Shown one piece after another: positions 27,419 through 36,644 of a DNA stretch of 64,000 nt. The notes under the pieces were generated by a model. The model ran no database searches, was not told the DNA's origin, and saw only the letters and a list, made by a program, of their open reading frames with translations. The first letter of the stretch is position 1; every line of letters starts with the position of its first letter. A program made the position numbers and the translations under genes. This stretch comes from a virus (lineage: Duplodnaviria; Caudoviricetes): positions 588 through 64,587 of the IMG/VR virus record IMGVR_UViG_3300005512_000026; one strand, written 5' to 3'.

Positions 27419-29041
27419 ATGGCTGAAACTGAGTTTCGCGTTATAGGGCCACCCGGCTGTGGAAAGACAACATTTCTCAGTCGTGAGGCATCAAAAGCTG
27501 TGGAACGCTACGGGTCTGAACAAGTGATGATTACGTCACTCACCCGGACTGCTGCAGCGGAGGTAGCCGGGCGGGATATAGCTATCAACCCGGACAGGAT
27601 CGGGACGCTACACGCTCACGCATTTAGGGCGTTGGGATTCCCGGAGATCGCAGAGGATAAGAAACGGATCGAACAGTGGAACGAGGAGACTCCGGCGTGG
27701 AAAATGACACCGCCCGACAGCTCTCCGAGTGCCGACGGCGACGACGGTGCGGACAAGAGCTTTGGAGATCTCCCCGGCGATGAAGCATTCTCCTCTCTGA
27801 ACAGGCTCCGGGCGATGAAGATCCCGGAAGAATACTGGCCAACGATAGTCAGGAAATTCGCAGGGCGGTGGAAAGAGTGGAAGGATGCTCACGGCTACTA
27901 CGACTTCACGGATCTGATCCACCACGCTCGGGACATATGGCAAGCTCCCGGCAAGCCCAAGGTGATCTTCGTAGACGAGGCACAGGATCACGACCGACTG
28001 GAACTAGATCTCGTCAGGCGGTGGGGCTCAGAGGATCGAGGCGTAGAGCGATTGATCATCGTCGGAGATCCCGATCAGAATCTTTACGAGTGGCGAGGAT
28101 CCGAGCCAGAGGCGTTTTATGCAACAGAGATCCCGGACAGCAATAAGCTCACGCTGAGCCAGTCCTACCGTGTACCTCACGCAGTCTGGCACCGGGCAAC
28201 GGAGTGGATCGAAAAGATCCCCGGCAGGGATCCCGTCGAATACTGGCCAACCGATGAAGCAGGGGACAGCCGGGAAGATGCGTATCTCATGCTGAAAGAT
28301 TCACCGGGGTTGCTCCGGGACGCTGAGCAATATCTGGCGGAGGGCAAGTCGGTAATGTTTCTCACGACTTGCGCCTACATGCTTGAACCGCTGAGACAGG
28401 AGCTACGAGCTGCGGGGATCCCGTTTCATAACCCGTACAGGCGTAGGGCTGATTGGAATCCGCTAAACCCTCCGGTGAGAGGGACAGCGACTATCGACCG
28501 ATTCCGCTCCTACGTCTCGCCTATGATCGAATCAGAGCCGTACAAGTATCCGTGGAGCGTCGGCGAAGTCCAGTCATGGAGCGAAGCACTCGTTCGGATC
28601 TTCCCGAGGGGTGGGAGACAGCAGTTCATGGATCTCCAACCGGATCAGGCTTTCACCCCGGAAATGATCGACAAATACTTCAAGCCTGATTCAGACCCGT
28701 ACATGATGTATAACGTCGAGGCGGGCGATACAGAGTGGTACAGATCCCACTTACGGTCAGGAGCGAATCTTGACTACGCAGCTCGGGTGCTACAGGCACA
28801 GGGAGCCAGCGCATTATTTGAAGCACCTCAAATCCAGATCGGAACTATCCATTCGGTCAAGGGAGGTGAAGCGGACGTGGTTTATCTATTCCCGGATATC
28901 AGCTATCAGGGACGGAACGCGAACCTCACCCGAGAGGGAGCGAATGCCACGATCCGGCAGTTTTACGTCGGGATGACTCGGGCAAAGGAGACGCTCATCC
29001 TTGCCGGAGCAAGTAGCAAACTAGGAGTTAGTTGGAGGTGA
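27419..29041 (+). CDS. UvrD/Rep-like SF1 helicase
   Basis: 'GPPGCGKTT', 'DEAQD', 'GDPDQNLYEWRG', 'TIHSVKGGEAD', 'YVGMTRAK'. Confidence 0.9.
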   Translation: MAETEFRVIGPPGCGKTTFLSREASKAVERYGSEQVMITSLTRTAAAEVAGRDIAINPDRIGTLHAHAFRALGFPEIAEDKKRIEQWNEETPAWKMTPPDSSPSADGDDGADKSFGDLPGDEAFSSLNRLRAMKIPEEYWPTIVRKFAGRWKEWKDAHGYYDFTDLIHHARDIWQAPGKPKVIFVDEAQDHDRLELDLVRRWGSEDRGVERLIIVGDPDQNLYEWRGSEPEAFYATEIPDSNKLTLSQSYRVPHAVWHRATEWIEKIPGRDPVEYWPTDEAGDSREDAYLMLKDSPGLLRDAEQYLAEGKSVMFLTTCAYMLEPLRQELRAAGIPFHNPYRRRADWNPLNPPVRGTATIDRFRSYVSPMIESEPYKYPWSVGEVQSWSEALVRIFPRGGRQQFMDLQPDQAFTPEMIDKYFKPDSDPYMMYNVEAGDTEWYRSHLRSGANLDYAARVLQAQGASALFEAPQIQIGTIHSVKGGEADVVYLFPDISYQGRNANLTREGANATIRQFYVGMTRAKETLILAGASSKLGVSWR

Positions 29042-29044
29042 CCA

Positions 29045-29305
29045 ATGGAGCGTTCTAAGCGGTGCTGGGGATCCGGTAGCCGGACGACTTCTTACAAGGA
29101 TCGTGGCAAGTATTACGCCACCGGATCCTGCGGGAAGTGCGGACGAGCAGGGATCCGGCTAACAGTGGACGAGCGGGTGTATCAGCACTACCCGAACACG
29201 CTCCCGTCAGCGATGGGAGTTACCCGCAAGATGCAACGAGAGTGGCCAATCGACCACTTGAAATTCGACCCGGTGTGGAAGCCGGACAGAGAGGTGACAA
29301 ATTGA
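29045..29305 (+). CDS. Small hypothetical protein (CxxC)
   Basis: GGAGGTG RBS; 86 aa. Confidence 0.55.
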   Translation: MERSKRCWGSGSRTTSYKDRGKYYATGSCGKCGRAGIRLTVDERVYQHYPNTLPSAMGVTRKMQREWPIDHLKFDPVWKPDREVTN

Positions 29306-29508
29306 CTAGCGGATTCGACAGGGCGCAAGCCCAATACGACGCTGCGGAGCCAGCGGATCCCGTCCCATGCGACGACGGGCATCACTCGCTCGGGCTTGGA
29401 TCTCAGATGCAGAGCGTCGAGTTTGACGGCGACCACGATATCTCGGTCGTTTGCGTAGATTGCGGGGCTTCCGCGATCTTCGCTCGGTCAGGGGAGTGGG
29501 AGCTATGA
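29302..29508 (+). CDS. Small hypothetical protein
   Basis: GAGGTGACA RBS, TTG start; 68 aa. Confidence 0.5.
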   Translation: MTSGFDRAQAQYDAAEPADPVPCDDGHHSLGLGSQMQSVEFDGDHDISVVCVDCGASAIFARSGEWEL

Positions 29509-29753
29509 GCGATTGGAGCTTCAACGATGAGTGCAAGCGGTGTGGTCATAAGAGATCCCTACACAAGTTCCCGTACCACGAGCGCAAGTATTGGAAGACT
29601 TCACCTTGGGGACGTGAATCAAACGATCCGGGATGCCGGGTGAACCACACCAAGAACGTCGGGTCGGTCAAGGAGAGGGCAGAATACGTCATGCACAGGG
29701 ATCCAAAGCTCGACGCACCATGCCCATGCGAGGATTTCGTAAATGAATCGTAA
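29505..29753 (+). CDS. Small Cys/His-rich hypothetical protein
   Basis: ATGA overlap; 82 aa. Confidence 0.5.
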   Translation: MSDWSFNDECKRCGHKRSLHKFPYHERKYWKTSPWGRESNDPGCRVNHTKNVGSVKERAEYVMHRDPKLDAPCPCEDFVNES

Positions 29754-29937
29754 GTATTGCCTGTATCAGTACAGCGACGGGATCTGCGGGATCAACCGGG
29801 CTGTTCACAAACGCCACGGTGTCGCCCGGACGGGACACGTTTTCGTTACTTCAAATGACTGCCGGAAATCCAAGGACTGCGCTCTAGCGAGCCAGCACAT
29901 CGGATCCTGCGTCACGCGGGCTGGTGGAGGGGTATGA
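29743..29937 (+). CDS. Small Cys/His-rich hypothetical protein
   Basis: 64 aa, overlapping operon. Confidence 0.45.
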   Translation: MNRKYCLYQYSDGICGINRAVHKRHGVARTGHVFVTSNDCRKSKDCALASQHIGSCVTRAGGGV

Positions 29938-30125
29938 GCAGGAAGAAGATCCGTCACTACCCCGGACACGTTGGGCAGAACGGCAACAATCAATTCCGTC
30001 TGATTCACGATCAGGGGAGAGTCATAACTGAATATCGCAATCAATGGCGCAAGCTCGGGGTCAAGGAGCAGGAAGCTCCGAAGGATTGCCGGGAGTTAGT
30101 CAAGAGGAGGCAGGATGGGGATTGA
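29934..30125 (+). CDS. Small hypothetical protein
   Basis: 63 aa, ATGA overlap. Confidence 0.45.
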   Translation: MSRKKIRHYPGHVGQNGNNQFRLIHDQGRVITEYRNQWRKLGVKEQEAPKDCRELVKRRQDGD

Positions 30126-30381
30126 AATCAAGTTCGGAGCCGGGACGCAGATCCCGGCAGGAACGGTCATTGAATACGCCGGAGAGCGTCAGGTCTTGGT
30201 CAACGGGATCTCGCTACCGGAGTGCGACCACGCCGAGCTAGCTGAGCGGGTCACGACGCTGGTCTCAGCGTTGGTCAGGATCCGGGACGAGAGCGATAAC
30301 TGGGAGGGTTATGAAGCCGGGGTTGCGCTCGGCATCGACGAGAAGTCGTATGGCAAAGAACAAGACACAAACAAGGACTAA
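30115..30381 (+). CDS. Small hypothetical protein
   Basis: GGAGG RBS; 88 aa. Confidence 0.5.
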   Translation: MGIEIKFGAGTQIPAGTVIEYAGERQVLVNGISLPECDHAELAERVTTLVSALVRIRDESDNWEGYEAGVALGIDEKSYGKEQDTNKD

Positions 30382-30453
30382 GACCAAATGCCCGGTCTGC
30401 GGGTATTGGGTAGTCCATCAGAGGTTTGACGAACACCTCAGAAAGAAGCACCC

Positions 30454-31215
30454 ATGAGCAAGGAATGGTACGAGGGAATTATCTGCGGATTCGATTTGGA
30501 GACAACCAGCCCGGATCCGCATGAAGCGATCCCGGTTCAGATTGGATTCCACACGACGATGATGTGGAAAGGTGGCGAGGTCGAGCTAAACCACTTCTCG
30601 TATGAGCGGATCGTGGATCCAGAGGTGGAGATTACAAACTCTGATATCCACGGCATAACGACCGAGTACGCGAAAGCTCACGGCGCACCACTGAAAGAGG
30701 CGACTGAGGAAATGGTGTGGTTCATCCGGGCTATCGCAGCCGCGAGGATCCCGTTCGTGATCTACAACGCAGCTTACGACTGGACAATCGTGAAACGCTA
30801 CGCAGGGGGCGATCAGAGCATTGACGATATCAGGCTCCTCGACCCACTCGTGATCGACCGGGCGGTGGATCGATACGTCAAAGGCAAGGGTGCGAGACAG
30901 CTCGGTAACACCATCATGCGGTACGGGTTGCCGGAGCCGTCAGGAGAGCTTCACTCGGCGAAGTACGACGCTTCCCTAACCGTGACCCTCATGCGAGCTA
31001 TGGGACGCAAGCACGACCGATTGAAACGAGGCTCGGACTTCGCTCACCTGCAGCCGGAATGGGCGCTCGCTCAGCAGCGGAGCTTGCAAGCGTACTTTGA
31101 TAAGACTCCGGGCAATACACGGAAAGTCGCATTGGGGTGGCCAGTGCAGGAACAACAGCGGACGGACGATTGGGCAAAGGATGCCCCGAAGTACGTCGTA
31201 AAGGACAAGATGTAG
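30454..31215 (+). CDS. DEDDh 3'-5' exonuclease (DnaQ-like)
   Basis: 'GFDLETT', 'YNAAYD', 'LDPL', 'HSAKYDA'. Confidence 0.85.
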   Translation: MSKEWYEGIICGFDLETTSPDPHEAIPVQIGFHTTMMWKGGEVELNHFSYERIVDPEVEITNSDIHGITTEYAKAHGAPLKEATEEMVWFIRAIAAARIPFVIYNAAYDWTIVKRYAGGDQSIDDIRLLDPLVIDRAVDRYVKGKGARQLGNTIMRYGLPEPSGELHSAKYDASLTVTLMRAMGRKHDRLKRGSDFAHLQPEWALAQQRSLQAYFDKTPGNTRKVALGWPVQEQQRTDDWAKDAPKYVVKDKM

Positions 31216-31334
31216 TGACCTGCCAATCTTCAAAAAGTAACTTTCAAAACTGTCCCGACGTATTTCAAGCTGATGCCAAACTGTCCCTCAGTTTGGAACG
31301 CCGGTAGACAGGTTGTAGACCAATTTTGAAAATC

Positions 31335-31376
31335 GGTTGACAAAAAGTTGACAAGGGCTGAAACGTCCCATATAAT
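31335..31376 (+). promoter_or_regulatory. Sigma70-type promoter P3 heading a second early-type gene island
   Basis: TTGACA(31348)-17 bp-TATAAT(31371); GGTTGACAAAAAGTTGACAA. Confidence 0.8.
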
Positions 31377-31427
31377 ATAGGTAGAGCGAGGGGACGATCC
31401 CCCCGCCGAGGGAAAAGGGAAGCCCAA

Positions 31428-31730
31428 ATGACAGTAGTAACTCTAAAAGAATCACGACAGTACACGATCAGCTACCACACCAACTACCACGTAGAACTCA
31501 AGGCTCACTACGGCGACGACAAGCTCCCGACGAAGTTCAGCGTCAGCCGATTCATCAACGACAACCTCGTCAATCGCACCGAGTTCGACGGCAACGACCT
31601 CACCGGAGCTAACAACGACTTCGAGTCACTTCGGGCGGAGGCGTTCGCCAAGGCGGACGAGTACGACCACGAAGCAAACGCTTTTCTGCAAAGAGTCGAG
31701 GAATACAGGGTCGCAGGAGCACTCAAATAA
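31428..31730 (+). CDS. Hypothetical protein
   Basis: 100 aa after P3. Confidence 0.55.
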   Translation: MTVVTLKESRQYTISYHTNYHVELKAHYGDDKLPTKFSVSRFINDNLVNRTEFDGNDLTGANNDFESLRAEAFAKADEYDHEANAFLQRVEEYRVAGALK

Positions 31731-31757
31731 TCAAGAACCAATCAAGAACCAATCAAG
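31729..31757 (+). repeat. Short tandem repeat AATCAAGAACC x2.6
   Basis: Seen directly, intergenic, before GAGGTGACA RBS. Confidence 0.7.
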
Positions 31758-31773
31758 CTCAGAGGTGACAACA

Positions 31774-32067
31774 ATGACAACGAACAAATGGCAACTTTAC
31801 TCAACAGACGAATACGGCAACGATAACCCACTCTGCCCACAGGGCAACGAGATCCTCGATCAGGTCATGAAAGTATCCATCGAGAACCGAGATCCGTCGA
31901 TCATCGCCAACCTAATGCACACGGCTTTCTTCCGCAGCCTCGGAGCAACCGACTCCGAACCTCGCACCACCTACTACAACCGGTGGGAACAAGCCTTCGG
32001 AGACAAATGGATGGGCGAGGCGGAGCGAGCGTGGTACAACGCATATCAACCAGTGATTCTCAGCTAA
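31774..32067 (+). CDS. Hypothetical protein
   Basis: GAGGTGACA RBS; 97 aa. Confidence 0.6.
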   Translation: MTTNKWQLYSTDEYGNDNPLCPQGNEILDQVMKVSIENRDPSIIANLMHTAFFRSLGATDSEPRTTYYNRWEQAFGDKWMGEAERAWYNAYQPVILS

Positions 32068-32100
32068 CCAATATCAATACAAGTCAGAGGTGACACAGAA

Positions 32101-32541
32101 ATGGCACGACCATACACAACAGAAGAAATCGAAAAAATCGAGCGCATGTTTGCAGAGATCCCCGAGCGGGACACGGTTCACATGCAAATCTTCGACCATC
32201 ATTTCGACAAGGGTGGGGATCACAAGACCAACACCCTGCGACGGTCAAAGCTCTACTGCCCAAGCTGCCGGGGAGTTTTCTCAGCAACCGAATCAATACT
32301 GGACAACAAGTACCGCGGACTCCGGGGGATGATGGACTACAACGGTTGGCTGGACAGGATCACGGACTACGAGCTTGAATCCGTCCTACACATCAAGGCG
32401 ACCAACAAGATCGCAGCTATCAAGGTGCTCCGCACCCTCGCCGAACGAGGCAAGGACACCATGCCTCTCAGCGTCGCAAAGGCTATCGTCGAGCGATGCG
32501 AGATCGTCGCTCACGTCGAGTACGAAGTGATCAGGGGGTAG
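32101..32541 (+). CDS. Protein with C-terminal ribosomal bL12(L7/L12)-CTD-like motif
   Basis: 'KIAAIKVLRTL...PLSVAKAIVE' resembles KI.AIK.VR...LGLKEAK.LVE. Confidence 0.5.
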   Translation: MARPYTTEEIEKIERMFAEIPERDTVHMQIFDHHFDKGGDHKTNTLRRSKLYCPSCRGVFSATESILDNKYRGLRGMMDYNGWLDRITDYELESVLHIKATNKIAAIKVLRTLAERGKDTMPLSVAKAIVERCEIVAHVEYEVIRG

Positions 32542-32543
32542 TC

Positions 32544-32849
32544 ATGGAACGACAGACAGAATTCGGACAGTCACTGGATCTAAAGATTTACACACAGGTT
32601 ATGAAGATCGGCGGAACGGAGGCATTATTCATCCGCTTCACCAGCGGGACAAAGCTGATCAGAAAATCGTTCATCGGTTTCGGACTTCAACAGTTCAAGC
32701 GGATCGACGAACAGGTACGCATCATCGCTGCCCACACAGGAGCGGAGATCGTCCGGCATCAGTCAGACGACTGCGACCGTAGGCACTCCGGTAGGATGTG
32801 CAACACGGACGATGCGTGGCTTCACCCTCGCGACAAGGAATTGAGGTAA
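32544..32849 (+). CDS. Hypothetical protein
   Basis: 101 aa. Confidence 0.5.
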   Translation: MERQTEFGQSLDLKIYTQVMKIGGTEALFIRFTSGTKLIRKSFIGFGLQQFKRIDEQVRIIAAHTGAEIVRHQSDDCDRRHSGRMCNTDDAWLHPRDKELR

Positions 32850-32856
32850 CAACGAA

Positions 32857-33150
32857 ATGACACCGACACCATCAGAGGGCATCGCATGGGGAACACTCCC
32901 TAACGGTGAACACCTCGCCAGCGGATTACAGCTCTACTTGGATCACAAGATCCTGCCCGGAGACTTTCTCACCGGGATGCTCAGCAACAGCATTTCCAAA
33001 GCCGTCGCCCACGCCGACGGGACGAACCGCAACCTGATCCCGGATATCGCTCAGTGGTTATACAACGAATTTCCACTGGACGCGTGGGGATCCGAGGACA
33101 AGGTTCTCGCTTGGATCAGCGACAGGGATAGTGACGGCGAGGAGGAGTAA
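32857..33150 (+). CDS. Hypothetical protein
   Basis: GAGGT RBS; 97 aa. Confidence 0.55.
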   Translation: MTPTPSEGIAWGTLPNGEHLASGLQLYLDHKILPGDFLTGMLSNSISKAVAHADGTNRNLIPDIAQWLYNEFPLDAWGSEDKVLAWISDRDSDGEEE

Positions 33151-33164
33151 ATCGGTTATTGTCT

Positions 33165-33191
33165 ACCGCCCCGGACTTGAACCGGGGCGGT
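33165..33191. terminator. Intergenic hairpin closing second early island
   Basis: ACCGCCCCGG-ACTTGAA-CCGGGGCGGT, perfect 10-bp stem. Confidence 0.6.
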
Positions 33192-33281
33192 GTTACGTTG
33201 TACGCTATGGAGACTTTCAGTTGTCACCTCAACTGACTAGCGGACTCCTCGGCGTTGCATCTGGCGTTGGGGAGTTTTGCT

Positions 33282-33563
33282 ATGAGAGACAAGTCTGAAA
33301 AAGCGATCACGGCTGAGATCCGCAAGTATCTGAAATCACGCGATGATGTGTGGTTCTTCAAAGTCCACGGTGGACCAATGCAACAGGCTGGCGTCCCGGA
33401 CATACTTGTATGTAAGGCTGGCAGGTTTTATGCTTTCGAGGTAAAGACACGGACGGGCAAGACGACGGTGCTACAGGATCGCACCATCCTCTTGATAAAC
33501 GAAGCTGGCGGAGTAGCCGAAGTTGTGCGCTCAGTCGGTGACGTTCAAAGGATCCTTGAATGA
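33282..33563 (+). CDS. VRR-NUC domain nuclease
   Basis: 'SEKAIT..IR..L','GVPDILV','FEVKT..GK.T.LQ'. Confidence 0.85.
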   Translation: MRDKSEKAITAEIRKYLKSRDDVWFFKVHGGPMQQAGVPDILVCKAGRFYAFEVKTRTGKTTVLQDRTILLINEAGGVAEVVRSVGDVQRILE

Positions 33564-34234
33564 CAGACCTTGACGGGACTTTCGGGCTGGTCGAATCAGC
33601 ATATGACAAGGTGGCTGCGGATTACGACAGCGACTACCTCACACCGCTATCCTTAGCCGAGAACCGGGAGATCTCCAAGATCCTCTCTACGTTCAATCTG
33701 AGGCGGTACGTGAACGACGTGGGGTGTGGAACCGGGCTAGCTCTGGACTTGGATCTGATCCCCCACCCTGAGTCTTACATTGGGATCGACGCAAGCGAGG
33801 GGATGCTCAACCGCCTTGTAGAGAAGCACCCCGGAACGACTATCCATCATGGCAACGGATGGGCAAAGATCCACCACCCGGCGCAAGACGTTATCAGCCT
33901 GTTCGGATCTCCAAGTTACACACCAATCGGTGACGTGATCACTGGCGCCAGACACCACCTCCGGGCTGGCGGTCGATTCTTCCTGATGCCGTATGCCCGA
34001 GGCAGGTATCAAACCGCTTGTAAGCACAGCAAGCACGTCGATACCCACTCGAATCTTTGGTTCATGTATTCAGCCGATCAGTGGCGTAGATTCTTCGTCG
34101 ACGCTGGGGCTCAGAACGTCGAGGTGCGAGGCTTCAACCTGCTTCGTAGGGCGAGGCTCCTCGGGATCGAGGCTCCGCTGGCTAAACGCTGGCCAGATCG
34201 CTGCCAGTACCTAATCATCACAGGAGAATTTTGA
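33560..34234 (+). CDS. Class I SAM-dependent methyltransferase
   Basis: 'DVGCGTG','GIDASEGML'. Confidence 0.85.
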   Translation: MTDLDGTFGLVESAYDKVAADYDSDYLTPLSLAENREISKILSTFNLRRYVNDVGCGTGLALDLDLIPHPESYIGIDASEGMLNRLVEKHPGTTIHHGNGWAKIHHPAQDVISLFGSPSYTPIGDVITGARHHLRAGGRFFLMPYARGRYQTACKHSKHVDTHSNLWFMYSADQWRRFFVDAGAQNVEVRGFNLLRRARLLGIEAPLAKRWPDRCQYLIITGEF

Positions 34235-35382
34235 TGCCCGGCTACCGACGACTCAACGGCAAGGACGTGTTCACGTCTGCTATCGACAGGATGGTTGAGC
34301 TTTACTCCAAGCCGGAGGATGAAATCGTTGTCTCGTTCAGCGCGGGCAAGGACAGTATGGCGGTTCTGGAAATCGCAATCATGGCTGCTCAAATGACGGA
34401 CAGGCTCCCGGTCAAAGTCTTGATGCGTGACGAGGAGATCATGTACCCCGGCACGTATGAGTACGCTGAGCGAACGGCAGCTCGCCCGGAGGTAGAGTTT
34501 CACTGGATCTACGCTGGTCAGCCGATCATAAATGTGTTCAACCGTGAGTCACCGTATTTCTGGGTTTTCGATCCCGACGTTGGTGAGGAGAATTGGGTCA
34601 GGAAACCACCCGAGATCGCGTACAAGATCCCGGAGCTGAACATCAACGAAATGATCACGAAGTCCCGGTTCCCCACAGAGGGCGACTTGTGGCAGGTTAC
34701 GGGGATCCGGGCGGGTGAATCAACAGCCCGTCGCTACTCCGTATTCAGCGCAAAAGGGTGGAAAACAAAACCCAACCGACTCGGGACTAGGGCAGCCCGT
34801 CCGATCTTTGACTGGACAGATGGTGATATCTGGAAGGCTGCGAAGGATGGACAGTGGGATTACAACCACGCCTACGACACCCTGTTTCGGATGGGTGTTC
34901 CCGCTTCAAAACTACGGATCGCCCCACCAACCATGAGCGCAGCGGGTGTCGATTCGTTAGCTCTGGCGATGCGAGCGTGGCCACAATGGTTCGACCGAGT
35001 AGCCGAACGTTGTCCCGGTGTGAGGGTCGCAGCCAAGTTCGGCAAGAGGGCTGTTACTCCGACGAGACGAGCCGGAGAGACGTGGCAGGATACTTACCTC
35101 CGTGAGTGCATTGAGGAGGCTCCTGCGTGGATCTCTGATAGGGCAACGAAGGTTATGAACGACATGCTCCGGATGCACCGACGGCACTCAACCGAGCCGT
35201 TCCCGGACACGAAGAATTGCATGAACTGTGTCGGGTCGATGGGAGGCTGGCGACAGCTCGCCAACGCCATGTACGGCGGAGATCCGTTCTGTCTCAAAGT
35301 CGGTAAGCTGGTTCCGTACATCGAGCCTGAGTTCTTCAAGCCCGGATCCGGTACGTGGGGAGGATCTCCGACGTATGGATGA
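34234..35382 (+). CDS. PAPS-reductase-family (PP-loop) protein, IbrA/YbdN-like
   Basis: 'SFSAGKDS','GIRAGES','PIFDWTDGDIW', C-terminal CMNC. Confidence 0.85.
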   Translation: MPGYRRLNGKDVFTSAIDRMVELYSKPEDEIVVSFSAGKDSMAVLEIAIMAAQMTDRLPVKVLMRDEEIMYPGTYEYAERTAARPEVEFHWIYAGQPIINVFNRESPYFWVFDPDVGEENWVRKPPEIAYKIPELNINEMITKSRFPTEGDLWQVTGIRAGESTARRYSVFSAKGWKTKPNRLGTRAARPIFDWTDGDIWKAAKDGQWDYNHAYDTLFRMGVPASKLRIAPPTMSAAGVDSLALAMRAWPQWFDRVAERCPGVRVAAKFGKRAVTPTRRAGETWQDTYLRECIEEAPAWISDRATKVMNDMLRMHRRHSTEPFPDTKNCMNCVGSMGGWRQLANAMYGGDPFCLKVGKLVPYIEPEFFKPGSGTWGGSPTYG

Positions 35383-35995
35383 AATCAAGATCTGTGCGGT
35401 CACGACCGTCCCGGAGCGATTCGATCGTGCCGTGGAGTTGGCGAGATCTCTGGACAACTGCTCAATCATTTCGGATCCCGACGGGCTGTGGAAGGGTGGC
35501 TCACGAAACCAGCTCCGAACATGGGAAGCTCTCCGGGCGGATCCTCCGGGCTGGGCGTTGGCTGTCGAGGATGATGCGATCCTGCACCCTGACTTCTGGA
35601 ACAGGGCGAACGCCTTACTACAGGATGCTCCATCGCCAGTCGTGAGCTTCTATTCGATGGGCTGGAAAAAGGATCCCGTTCACCCGGAGGGGTGGCGAAT
35701 GATCCCCGGCAATCAATATCTTGGAGCCGTCTGCCTTGCGTGGAGGCTCGACTTCTTACAGGGATTCTTGCGTCAGTCGTACAGGCTGATGCGCGAGGCT
35801 GTGGCACTTTGGGGCGATCACGGAAACTATTTCGATGCGATCCAAAAGCTGTACTACGCTGAGCAGAAAATCACCGTCGCTGTCGCGATCCCCAACCTTG
35901 CGGATCACGATCTAAGCGTCCCCTCACTACAAGGGCATCAGCGAACCTTCGGGGGGCATGAACGCAGGAGCTACACCTTTGACCCTACAGTATGA
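35375..35995 (+). CDS. Glycosyltransferase-like protein (GT-A, DxD-type)
   Basis: 'ALAVEDDAILHPDF', 'PNLADH'. Confidence 0.6.
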   Translation: MDEIKICAVTTVPERFDRAVELARSLDNCSIISDPDGLWKGGSRNQLRTWEALRADPPGWALAVEDDAILHPDFWNRANALLQDAPSPVVSFYSMGWKKDPVHPEGWRMIPGNQYLGAVCLAWRLDFLQGFLRQSYRLMREAVALWGDHGNYFDAIQKLYYAEQKITVAVAIPNLADHDLSVPSLQGHQRTFGGHERRSYTFDPTV

Positions 35996-36644
35996 AAAAG
36001 ACGGCGGACTCGAATACCCGGTCAAGCCCGGTGAGACGTGGACGGTAGGCAGCGAGGCTACGCTGATCTGCGGGGATCTCATGGAGGACTGGATCCTCAG
36101 TCGCCTCGTAACTGAACAGCCAGATTTGATCTACTGCGATCCACCGTGGGGGGCTGCGCTCGCTTCGGGGTTCCGTACCAAGGCTGGTGTTGGTGGAAAG
36201 GCTAACTACCCGGAACTTCTGGTTCGAGTGTTCATCCTTGTCCGCAGACTCGGTGCCCCGTCCTACTTCGAGAACGGTGTGAAGTGGACAGAACTGATGA
36301 GAGATATCGCCCAGCAGCAATCCGTGATCCCTCATACGACGTGGGACATTACCTACTACAAGAAACACGCTGCAACGCTGACAGCGTTTGACTTCCACCC
36401 GGCAACCGAACTTCCCGACTACACCGGGATGGACGACGATTTCACTCCGGGACTCGCCATTGATACCCATACCAAGCGAGGGGATCTCGTTCTCGATCCT
36501 ATGACTGGACGAGGACTCACGGCGGTTTCAGCGATAGAGAGGAGCCGACGATTCGTGGGCTCAGAGCTTAGCCCGTACAGGGCGAGCGTCACCCTAAGAA
36601 AACTAAGTGACCTGACAGGTCGAAAGGCGGAGCGAATTGGCTAA
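35958..36644 (+). CDS. N6/N4 DNA methyltransferase-like protein (beta-class order)
   Basis: 'LICGD','IYCDPPW','LVLDPMTGRGLT','FVGSELSP'. Confidence 0.7.
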   Translation: MNAGATPLTLQYEKDGGLEYPVKPGETWTVGSEATLICGDLMEDWILSRLVTEQPDLIYCDPPWGAALASGFRTKAGVGGKANYPELLVRVFILVRRLGAPSYFENGVKWTELMRDIAQQQSVIPHTTWDITYYKKHAATLTAFDFHPATELPDYTGMDDDFTPGLAIDTHTKRGDLVLDPMTGRGLTAVSAIERSRRFVGSELSPYRASVTLRKLSDLTGRKAERIG

